64,000 bases of DNA, taken from the NCBI GenBank assembly GCA_900551435.1, contig URVW01000003.1:664-64663 (forward strand). The letters are read 5' to 3'. Under the pieces are notes generated by a model. That model saw nothing but the letters and a program-made list of their open reading frames with translations, was not told where the DNA came from and did no database searches. A program made the position numbers and the translations under genes. Shown one piece after another: positions 47,258 to 55,303 of the stretch. The DNA comes from an uncultured Faecalibacterium sp. Its GTDB lineage: Bacteria > Bacillota > Clostridia > Oscillospirales > Ruminococcaceae. Every line of letters begins with the position of its first letter. Within the stretch, counting starts at the first letter, position 1.

Positions 47258-48037
47258 ATGCAGCTGAAACGATTCAAACTGACGGGCGGCGGGATGCTGA
47301 CGGTCTATCTGCGGGATGCGTCGGACCGGATGCCGCACGCAAAAAAGCGCCCGATGATCCTTGTGATCCCGGGCGGCGGTTATGCGCACATCAGCCCGCG
47401 TGAGGGCGACCCCGTGGCGATGCAGTTCGCGGCGGCGGGCTATCACACAGCGGTGCTGGAATATGCCGTCGGCAGACAGGCGAGGAACTATCTTCCGCTG
47501 CGCCAGACCGCACAGGCCATCGCGCTCGTGCGCCATTATGCAGAGGAATGGAACGTTCTTCCGCACAAAATTGCTGTGTGCGGTTTCTCGGCGGGCGGGC
47601 ATCTGGCCCTGTCCAGCGCGGTGCTGGACCTTCCGGGCGTGGAGCACCAGCCCCGGCCCGATGCGGTGATCTTGGGCTATCCGGTCATCACCGCGGGAAG
47701 CTATGCCCACCGCGGCAGCTTTGTGCAGCTGGCGGGCAGAAGAGACCGGGCCGCACAGCAGAGATTCACGCTGGAAGATAAAATTACGCCCAAAACACCG
47801 CCCGTGTTCGTCTGGCATACCATGGAGGACGAAAGCGTTCCGGTGGAAAATACGCTGATGCTGCTGGCGGCGCTGCGGAGAGCGAATGTCCCCTGCGAAG
47901 CGCACCTGTTCGAGAAGGGCTGCCACGGGACGAGCATTTCCACCGCCGAGGTCGATGCAGCGGACCCGCACCGCGCCCACTGGGTGGAGCTGGCGGTGGA
48001 ATGGCTGAACGAGACGTTTGAGTTCCATTTGGAATAA
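47258..48037 (+). CDS. Alpha/beta hydrolase (esterase)
   Basis: PGGGY, GFSAGG, D..V, HG. Confidence 0.9.
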   Translation: MQLKRFKLTGGGMLTVYLRDASDRMPHAKKRPMILVIPGGGYAHISPREGDPVAMQFAAAGYHTAVLEYAVGRQARNYLPLRQTAQAIALVRHYAEEWNVLPHKIAVCGFSAGGHLALSSAVLDLPGVEHQPRPDAVILGYPVITAGSYAHRGSFVQLAGRRDRAAQQRFTLEDKITPKTPPVFVWHTMEDESVPVENTLMLLAALRRANVPCEAHLFEKGCHGTSISTAEVDAADPHRAHWVELAVEWLNETFEFHLE

Positions 48038-48161
48038 AATGGGTTTTGTGCATCCCTACAAAAATTTCATCAAAAAACAGTTGACCTGCAACAATTTTTG
48101 GCGTATACTGGTCAGCGAAAACAAACACCGGGGATCGTCCCGGAGGGAAGAGGAAAACGTT

Positions 48162-48596
48162 ATGGCAATGCGGCCGGAAATTTCCGTCAAGAACCTGCTC
48201 ATGCAGGCTTTTCTCACAGGCTGGGAACGCTCGGACAAGAGCATCTCGCAGGATGAATACCTTCAGAGTGCGATTCAGGTCATCGAGGTGCTTCAGGTAG
48301 AGCCGGAAAACCTCTACGCAGAAGAAGGCCTTGGTCTGCCGGACGGCGAAGAAGTAGATCATCTGGACGACCTGCTTCGTGCGGACGGCCAGTGGCTCTA
48401 TTACGGGGTGGAGGAAGAGAACTTCTTCCTCATCCAGTGGTATCCGGATGTGGAATCGGCCAAGGCAAAGCTGGCAGAGCTGGACGCCATGAACGATGGC
48501 AGCAAACAGTATCTGGTGGATATGAGCCTGACCCGTGAGAATCCGACCTCCGCCGAGAACTTCGGCAATTCGAACCCCGTGCAGCTTCGCTCCTGA
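48162..48596 (+). CDS. Acidic hypothetical protein
   Basis: RBS, host-like codon usage. Confidence 0.7.
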   Translation: MAMRPEISVKNLLMQAFLTGWERSDKSISQDEYLQSAIQVIEVLQVEPENLYAEEGLGLPDGEEVDHLDDLLRADGQWLYYGVEEENFFLIQWYPDVESAKAKLAELDAMNDGSKQYLVDMSLTRENPTSAENFGNSNPVQLRS

Positions 48597-48636
48597 ATGG
48601 AATGCTTCTTGATTAGAAGGAAAGGGAACCCCAGCA

Positions 48637-49158
48637 ATGCAGCTTTCTCAGACTGAACATGAGCAGCTTTATACGATCCTTGAGCAGTACGACCACCACC
48701 CCAAGGTGCAGGAAATGCGGGAATTTATCCAGCATGGTGATGTGACCACCTATCAGCACTGTAAAAACGTGGTGCTGGTCAGCTTCTGGATGAACCGCCG
48801 CTTCCATCTGGGCGCAGACGAGACCGCGCTGGCGGTGGGCGGCTTCCTGCACGACTTTTATCTCTACGATTGGCACAAGAAAAGCTCGTTCCATGGTCTG
48901 CGCCGCCTGTTTGAGATGCACGGCTTCTCGCACCCGGGCTTTGCCTGTGTGAACGCAAAGCAGTATTTCCAGATCACCAAGAAGGAACAGAACATCATCC
49001 AGAGCCACATGTGGCCGCTGACCTTCCGGCATGTCCCGACCTGCCGCGAAGCCGTCATCGTCTGTCTGGCCGATAAGTACTGCGCTGTCGTCGAAAGCTT
49101 GTTCCGCCACGCCAAGGTGACCACCACCGTGGGCTGTGACGAAGAGAACGAGTGGTAA
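48637..49158 (+). CDS. HD-domain phosphohydrolase
   Basis: QH, LHDFYLYDW, SHMWP, ADK. Confidence 0.88.
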   Translation: MQLSQTEHEQLYTILEQYDHHPKVQEMREFIQHGDVTTYQHCKNVVLVSFWMNRRFHLGADETALAVGGFLHDFYLYDWHKKSSFHGLRRLFEMHGFSHPGFACVNAKQYFQITKKEQNIIQSHMWPLTFRHVPTCREAVIVCLADKYCAVVESLFRHAKVTTTVGCDEENEW

Positions 49159-49233
49159 GAAATGAAAACAGAAAAAGCTCTTTCCGGAACTGCCAAGCAG
49201 TTTCGGAAAGAGCTTTTTTGCTTATCGATTCGT

Positions 49234-52200
49234 TTATTCCGAGCGCAGAGCCTTGACAGGGTCCGACTTGGAAGCGCTCTTGGCGGGGATGAAGCCGCCG
49301 AGGATGGTCAGTACGGTGGCCAGAACGATCAGCACGACGGCTGCGTTCAGCGGCAGACGGGCGACCACATTGGTCCCGTTGGAGATTTTCTGGATGAGCA
49401 TGTTGCCGGGAATGAGCAGGATCTCGCTGAGGACAATGCCCATCACGCCGGAGCACAGGCCGATGATGAAGGTCTCGGCGTTGAACACCTCGGAGATGTT
49501 CCGCTTGGATGCGCCAATGGCGCGCAGGATGCCGATCTCCTTGCGGCGCTCGAGAACGCTGATATAGGTGATGACGCCGATCATGATGGACGAAACGACC
49601 AGCGAGATGGAGACGAAGGCGACCAGCATGTTGGAGATCATGTTGATGATCTCGGTCACGGAGGTCATCAGCGTGCCGACGACGTCAGTATACTGGATGA
49701 CCTTGTCGTCTGCGCCCTGCGCCTTCATGTTGGCGTTGTAGGCGTCGAGCTTATCCACCACAGAGGACTTGTGGTCGAAGTCCAGCGGATAAATTTTGAT
49801 CTGGCTGGGGTCGTCGAGGTCGGCATAGCCGAAGTTCTGCAGGTTGCTGTCATAGGTGGCGTTGGACGAGAGCATGGCGGATTTCATCAGGTCGGTCAGG
49901 TCGTCCTCGGTCATGTTGATTTGAATGGCTTTCTGGAAGGCGGCGGCGTCGATCTTGAGCGCGCTTTCCATCTGGCTGCCCAGCTGCGAGAAGCTCTGCT
50001 GCATCTGGCTCTGGATGTTCTGGCTCACCTGCGTCATCATCTGGGTCATGGCCGTCTGCATGGCGCTGCCCAGCTGGGTCTGAAGCGCATCGGTGATCTG
50101 GGACGAATAGCTTTCCATCATGGTGGACATGGCGGTCTGCATCGCCTCGGAGAACTGGGCTTCCAGCGCATCCTGATCGAATAGCTCGCCCATGGCGTCG
50201 TTCATCAGGGTCTTGAAGGCGTCGCTCTTGAGGTATTCAGAGAAGCTGATCTTGTTCGGGTTCAGGATGCCGTTTCCGATGACATACTCCTTGTAACCCA
50301 CAAGGACTTTCTGGGCCAGCTCCTGCATGGCATCTTCCGAGATGGAGAGGTCCATGTTCGCGAAAATGTCGGTCAGAGCGCTCATGTCCATGTCGGGCAT
50401 CTCGGTCAAGTCCATATCCAGCTGGAAGCTGTCGGGGTCGAGCATCTGGCTGAAATCGACGGAGCCGTCGTTCAGGTCGAACGCGCCGCTCAGGTCGAAG
50501 TTCAGTTTGCTGGAATCGAACTGGAACGCGCTCTTGAGCATGTCAGTGTCGATGCTGAACAGCGAACTCATATCGAACGCAGAAGCATCTTCTGTGCCAA
50601 ACGGTTCGCCGTTGAGGACGTTGGTGGCCGGGTCGGCCAGCTGATCCTTCACGAGCTGAGACTGTGCGGCTTCGTCGATGACGTGCTGGGTCAGGGAAGC
50701 AGGGTAGGCGATGCCGGAGGACAGCATGGAAGCCGAAGCGTCCTCTTTCGGCTGCACGACGCCCACAACGGTCAGCGTCTCGCTGGAAGCAACGAGGTCC
50801 TTCATGAAGTCCTTGTCGTCGGATTTATCGACCCATGTGTTGTGGTCGTCGTCGCGGAGATAGCGGTCGGTGCTGTTGACCAGCTTGAACTGGATGCCGA
50901 TGAAGTCGTCATAGCGGTAAGTCTTGAAATCGCTGGGGACATCGACGTTCTGGTTCTGGGCGAACTGCTGGATCATCTTGTCCAGCTCGGCGTTGTCGCG
51001 CAGACCCAGCGCATACAGGGCGTAGTCGGTGATGGAGCCATCTGCACCGAGGACCGCCACACACTCGTTGTAGTTCTCTGGCCAGCGGCCGGCCTTGACC
51101 TCATACTGAGAGTCATACAGCTCCGCGCTTTCGGGCAGCTGATAGAACACGCTGGTGTTCATCATCGAGGACATCATGCTGTTGGTGGAGCTGGTGGAAC
51201 TGATGCCCAGCGACGAGAGGGACGAATCCGGGTTGACCTGACGGATGCTGCCGTCGTCGTCCTCGCGGTAGATCTGCGGCTGCACATTATAAGAATACTC
51301 GATGGAGGTGGCGTCGTCCGCGATGGTGCAGTCGTCGCTCTCGAGGTAGCTCTTGAGGGATTTCAGGTCGTTGGAGGTGATGCCTGCTACCATCTGGGTG
51401 ATGAGCTGCCGCACCGGGACCATGCCCTCTTCGGTCGTGGTGGTGCTGCTGGAACTGGGCGCACCCGAGGTGAGCAGAGATGTCAGGTCCATGCCGCTGC
51501 TCAAAATCTGCAGCGGGTATTCAGATAGGGTGGATTTTTCGGTGTCGTCGATATACTGGTTGACGCCCGCCGACAGCGAGATGATGAGCGCGATGCCGAT
51601 GATACCGATGGAACCGGCAAAGGCGGTGAGCAGGGTGCGGGCCTTTTTGGTCAGCAGGTTGTTGAAGCTCAGGCCCAGCGAGGTCAGTGGCGACATCGAC
51701 GAGTGGCCCATGCTCTTGTGGACCGGCGGGGCCAGATGGGCGGTGTCCGGCTCATAGGGGTCGGTGTCGGAGAGGATGACGCCGTCCTTCAGGTTGACGA
51801 TGCGGGTCGCGTAGCGCTCGGCCAGTTCCGGGTTGTGGGTGACCATGACGACCAAGCGGTCTTTTGCAACGTCCTTGAGCAGCTCCATGACCTGAATGCT
51901 CGTCTCGCTGTCCAGTGCGCCGGTCGGCTCGTCGGCCAGCAGGATGTCCGGGTTGTTGACGAGAGCGCGGGCGATGGCGACGCGCTGCATCTGGCCGCCG
52001 GACATCTCGGTGGGGTGCTTGTGCAGCTGGTTGCCAAGGCCGACTTTCTGCAGCGCCTCGGTGGCGCGGCGGCGTCGCTCGGCCCCCGAAACGCCGGAGA
52101 TGGTCAGCGCCAGTTCCACGTTGGCCAGAACGGTCTGGTGCGGGATGAGGTTGTAGCTCTGGAACACGAAGCCGATGGTGTGGTTGCGGTAGGAGTCCCA

Positions 52201-52428
52201 GTCGCGGTCGGTGTACTTTTTGGTCGAAATGCCGTTGATGATCAGGTCGCCGCTGTCGTACCGGTCCAGACCGCCGATGATGTTCAGCAGGGTGGTCTTG
52301 CCGGAACCGCTGGGGCCGAGGATGGCAACGAATTCGTTGTCGCGGAGGTTCAGGCTGACCTTGTTCAGTGCGGTCTGGACAAGGTCGCCTGTTTTGTATT
52401 CCTTGTGAATCTTTTGGAGTTGGAGCAT
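49234..52428 (-). CDS. Fused ABC ATPase/FtsX-type permease (MacB-like)
   Basis: GPSGSGKT, MSGGQ, DEPT; ERRKEIGILRAIGA. Confidence 0.93.
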   Translation of the reverse strand: MLQLQKIHKEYKTGDLVQTALNKVSLNLRDNEFVAILGPSGSGKTTLLNIIGGLDRYDSGDLIINGISTKKYTDRDWDSYRNHTIGFVFQSYNLIPHQTVLANVELALTISGVSGAERRRRATEALQKVGLGNQLHKHPTEMSGGQMQRVAIARALVNNPDILLADEPTGALDSETSIQVMELLKDVAKDRLVVMVTHNPELAERYATRIVNLKDGVILSDTDPYEPDTAHLAPPVHKSMGHSSMSPLTSLGLSFNNLLTKKARTLLTAFAGSIGIIGIALIISLSAGVNQYIDDTEKSTLSEYPLQILSSGMDLTSLLTSGAPSSSSTTTTEEGMVPVRQLITQMVAGITSNDLKSLKSYLESDDCTIADDATSIEYSYNVQPQIYREDDDGSIRQVNPDSSLSSLGISSTSSTNSMMSSMMNTSVFYQLPESAELYDSQYEVKAGRWPENYNECVAVLGADGSITDYALYALGLRDNAELDKMIQQFAQNQNVDVPSDFKTYRYDDFIGIQFKLVNSTDRYLRDDDHNTWVDKSDDKDFMKDLVASSETLTVVGVVQPKEDASASMLSSGIAYPASLTQHVIDEAAQSQLVKDQLADPATNVLNGEPFGTEDASAFDMSSLFSIDTDMLKSAFQFDSSKLNFDLSGAFDLNDGSVDFSQMLDPDSFQLDMDLTEMPDMDMSALTDIFANMDLSISEDAMQELAQKVLVGYKEYVIGNGILNPNKISFSEYLKSDAFKTLMNDAMGELFDQDALEAQFSEAMQTAMSTMMESYSSQITDALQTQLGSAMQTAMTQMMTQVSQNIQSQMQQSFSQLGSQMESALKIDAAAFQKAIQINMTEDDLTDLMKSAMLSSNATYDSNLQNFGYADLDDPSQIKIYPLDFDHKSSVVDKLDAYNANMKAQGADDKVIQYTDVVGTLMTSVTEIINMISNMLVAFVSISLVVSSIMIGVITYISVLERRKEIGILRAIGASKRNISEVFNAETFIIGLCSGVMGIVLSEILLIPGNMLIQKISNGTNVVARLPLNAAVVLIVLATVLTILGGFIPAKSASKSDPVKALRSE

Positions 52429-52825
52429 GAGGAGATCTGCCTTTCTGAAAAAACGCGCCGTGCGTGTCCGGCGGCAAAATAAAGCTAACAATTTATTCTA
52501 TCAGATGAATATGAACAAACCATGGATTTTTGTCGGTTTCAAGGCAAAAAAGGCGGGCAGAAAGGGCAAAGATCCGGCTGTGGAATCAGAAAAACCTTCC
52601 TCTTGCAATTATGTGCAGGAGGTGGTATTCTTAAACTGCTGGCATAAAAAGCTTCCTTTTTGTGTGAAAAGAGAGAAAAATGCGGCAAAAAGCATCGAAA
52701 TGGTGTGTTTTGCGATGAAAAGTGACGCTTTTTAGGGGATTGAATTGTTCCTTCCTGCTCTATAAAATAAGGAATGTAACGTGGTGCACCAGAGTGCACC
52801 GGATAGAGGTAAGGAGGAATTTTTT

Positions 52826-53122
52826 ATGGAACGCGCGTACGCCCCGCTGGAGTGTCAGTTTTCGTCGATCGAGGGCTACCAAGATGCTTACACCCTGATC
52901 TACGCGCTGGATGCGGATACGGAAAATGGCTGCTGCCTGACCTTGAGCCGGACCGGCGCTCAGGCACGGAGGGAGAGTATGGCTGTTCCGCTGTGCCCGG
53001 ACGAAGGATATCGGCTGCTGCGGTATCTGTGCGAGAATGTCGTACAGCCGGAGCTGTGGAAGGACGTCATTGCGGATTGTCTTTCGGCGGCATCGACGGA
53101 GAGAGGAGGCAGCCGGGGGTGA
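52826..53122 (+). CDS. DUF6514-like small protein
   Basis: LRYLCENVVQPELWKDVI; AAGGAGG RBS. Confidence 0.65.
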   Translation: MERAYAPLECQFSSIEGYQDAYTLIYALDADTENGCCLTLSRTGAQARRESMAVPLCPDEGYRLLRYLCENVVQPELWKDVIADCLSAASTERGGSRG

Positions 53123-53859
53123 GCCATGAGCGGGAAACAGAGGGTCTGCGCGTCGCGCTGCTGAGCTACGATGAACGGGAGCTTCGGGTGCGGAAACACT
53201 ATCTGGAAGAACAAAGCCCGGCCATCTCGTGCACCTGTTTCCAGAGCGGCGAGCCGGTGTTACAGGCGTTGTGGCAGAAAAAATGCTTCGATGTTCTGGT
53301 GCTGGGCAGCCAGCTGGAAGATATGGACAGCATCGAGTTCATCGAAAAGCTGAACCGTCTGCCCAGCCATCCGCCGCTTCTGCTGCAGGGCGACGGCTGG
53401 TACGACGAGCAGACAGCGGCCTGTCTGAATCCGAGCGGAAAATTTTATCATGTGGAGCGTGACCGCTTGCAGGACCTGATGCGGGGGCTTTGGGGCGTTC
53501 CCGGGCGGAGTTCGGCGCGGATCGAGCGCTTCTGCAATTACATCTATGACCAGTGGGAAGTCCAGCAGCCGGACATCAACTGCAGTTATCTGACGATGAC
53601 GGTGCAGATCGTCTGCGCTTCCACCGGAAAGCTCGCCCTCCGCAAGGAGATCTTGCAGAGTGTTGCCGAGGAATATCAGGTCACCGTGGCGGCTGTGGAC
53701 AGCGGTCTGCGCCGCCTGATCGACAATTTGGAGCACCGGAAGCCGGAGGGCTGGCTCCGCTTCAAAAAGGAGAACGGCCTTCAGGACGTGAAGGTCACCA
53801 CCGGAAAACTCGTCTACGCCCTGCGGCAGAGCGTGCGGCGGCGGGGCATCATTTCCTAA
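53119..53859 (+). CDS. Atypical response regulator with a Spo0A-like C-terminal domain
   Basis: Receiver fold lacking the acceptor Asp; LRKEILQSVAEEYQVTVAAVDSGLRRLI. Confidence 0.7.
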   Translation: MSHERETEGLRVALLSYDERELRVRKHYLEEQSPAISCTCFQSGEPVLQALWQKKCFDVLVLGSQLEDMDSIEFIEKLNRLPSHPPLLLQGDGWYDEQTAACLNPSGKFYHVERDRLQDLMRGLWGVPGRSSARIERFCNYIYDQWEVQQPDINCSYLTMTVQIVCASTGKLALRKEILQSVAEEYQVTVAAVDSGLRRLIDNLEHRKPEGWLRFKKENGLQDVKVTTGKLVYALRQSVRRRGIIS

Positions 53860-53889
53860 CAGGAGCCATCGGGAAAGGGGGCATCTGAC

Positions 53890-54693
53890 ATGAGCGAGGT
53901 CCAGAACGAAAAAGACGCGGCTGAATTTCCGAAAAAGCAGCTGGAATCGGTCTTTCTGCATTCTCTGCGCCTGATGGATCAAGACCGCGAATATTTACAG
54001 ATGCACCTGAAAAAGGTCAGCGACGAGCGCACCGAAGCGGCGTTCTCGGATATGGAGCTGGAATCGGCACGGCTGGAACGCACCATCCGGGAGCTGATGG
54101 AGCTGAGCGCCCCCGAGGAAGCGCTGAAAAAACGGCCGGTGGACCTGTGCGGGATTCTGGCCGAATTGGAACGGATGGCCCCGGAAATTCAGCGGCAGAA
54201 TGGGACCGCTCTCCAAGTGGACCGCGGAGGGATGGACCAGTGCCTTGTGTGGGCTGACCGCGAAAAAGCCGAGCAGCTGTGCTTCCATCTGTTGTCCAAC
54301 GCTCTGCGGGCTGTGTCTCCCGGCGGGACGGTCTGGGTCCATCTGCGCCGGACCGAACAGAACTTTGCACTGACCATCGAGGACGACGGCTGCGGTCTGC
54401 CGGAGGGTGAGAGCTGGCTGGAGAACCGCCGCCGCTTTCTGGGCGGTGCACGGGCGGGACTGCCGCTCTGCCGGAAATACTGCCGCCAGCTGGGCTGGAC
54501 ATTGGAACTTTCGAACCGAGCGGCTGGCGGGGCTTGCGCGGCGCTGACCATCCCGCTGCCGGCCCGCGCTTTTCCCATCGAGCCAGTGGTGGAGTTCCGC
54601 TCGGAGATGGAAGGACCTGTCTCCACGCCCCTGCAGCGCCAGCTGCGCCGGGAACTGTATCTTCTGATGACACGGAGGAGTGGGGCGCGTTGA
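53890..54693 (+). CDS. HATPase_c kinase-like protein, degenerate
   Basis: LLSNAL N-box, EDDGCG G1; no H-box seen. Confidence 0.75.
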   Translation: MSEVQNEKDAAEFPKKQLESVFLHSLRLMDQDREYLQMHLKKVSDERTEAAFSDMELESARLERTIRELMELSAPEEALKKRPVDLCGILAELERMAPEIQRQNGTALQVDRGGMDQCLVWADREKAEQLCFHLLSNALRAVSPGGTVWVHLRRTEQNFALTIEDDGCGLPEGESWLENRRRFLGGARAGLPLCRKYCRQLGWTLELSNRAAGGACAALTIPLPARAFPIEPVVEFRSEMEGPVSTPLQRQLRRELYLLMTRRSGAR

Positions 54694-54711
54694 AGAGCGC
54701 TGTTACACAGC

Positions 54712-55014
54712 GAACCTCTCAGTCACCTTCGGTGACAGCTCCCCTAAGTAGGGGAGCCACTGGCGTACCGGTTTTGGTCCTGCTAGATGAATTGAGTTTC
54801 TCGAAACTGTAAACGGAAGTGCTCCGCTGCCTAGGGCAACGGCATCGAAACAACGCTCTAACCAAGGGCATTCGTACAGATGCTGTCGACCGAGACAGCA
54901 GGGCACTCTTTTTTGCGCAAGATAAAACTTCAGGTGTCCAGCAGGGGTTGCCCGACCTGCCAATGGCTCCCCTGATAGGGGAGCTGGCATTGCGAAGCAA
55001 TGACTGAGAGGTTC
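54712..55014. repeat. REP/REPIN- or MITE-like inverted doublet
   Basis: ~50-nt double-hairpin terminal inverted repeats. Confidence 0.8.
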
Positions 55015-55303
55015 TTCCCCGCAACAGCGTCACAAAAAGTAAAGATTCTTAGCCAATCTGCCGGAAAATCCGGCCCAAAGTTCCGCGAAATTCACAAAAT
55101 GTTTAACTTTCTGAGCGGAAAATACTATTTTTTGCGTGTAAAATAAGGAATGCAGATTGATTGTTCGTGCAATTTTGAGTATAATACATCTGTATGCGAG
55201 TTGCATGAATAATTCGCTAACGAACTAATTTTTGGCAAAGATTTTGCAAGGATTTTTGCCCGAAGAATGTCTGAAAAACGTCCTTCAGGGAGGAAAAAGA
55301 AAC

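Noticed and set aside
54703..55033. Small ORFs within the REP-like doublet
   Set aside because: No RBS or recognisable domain; they run through the repeat arms.
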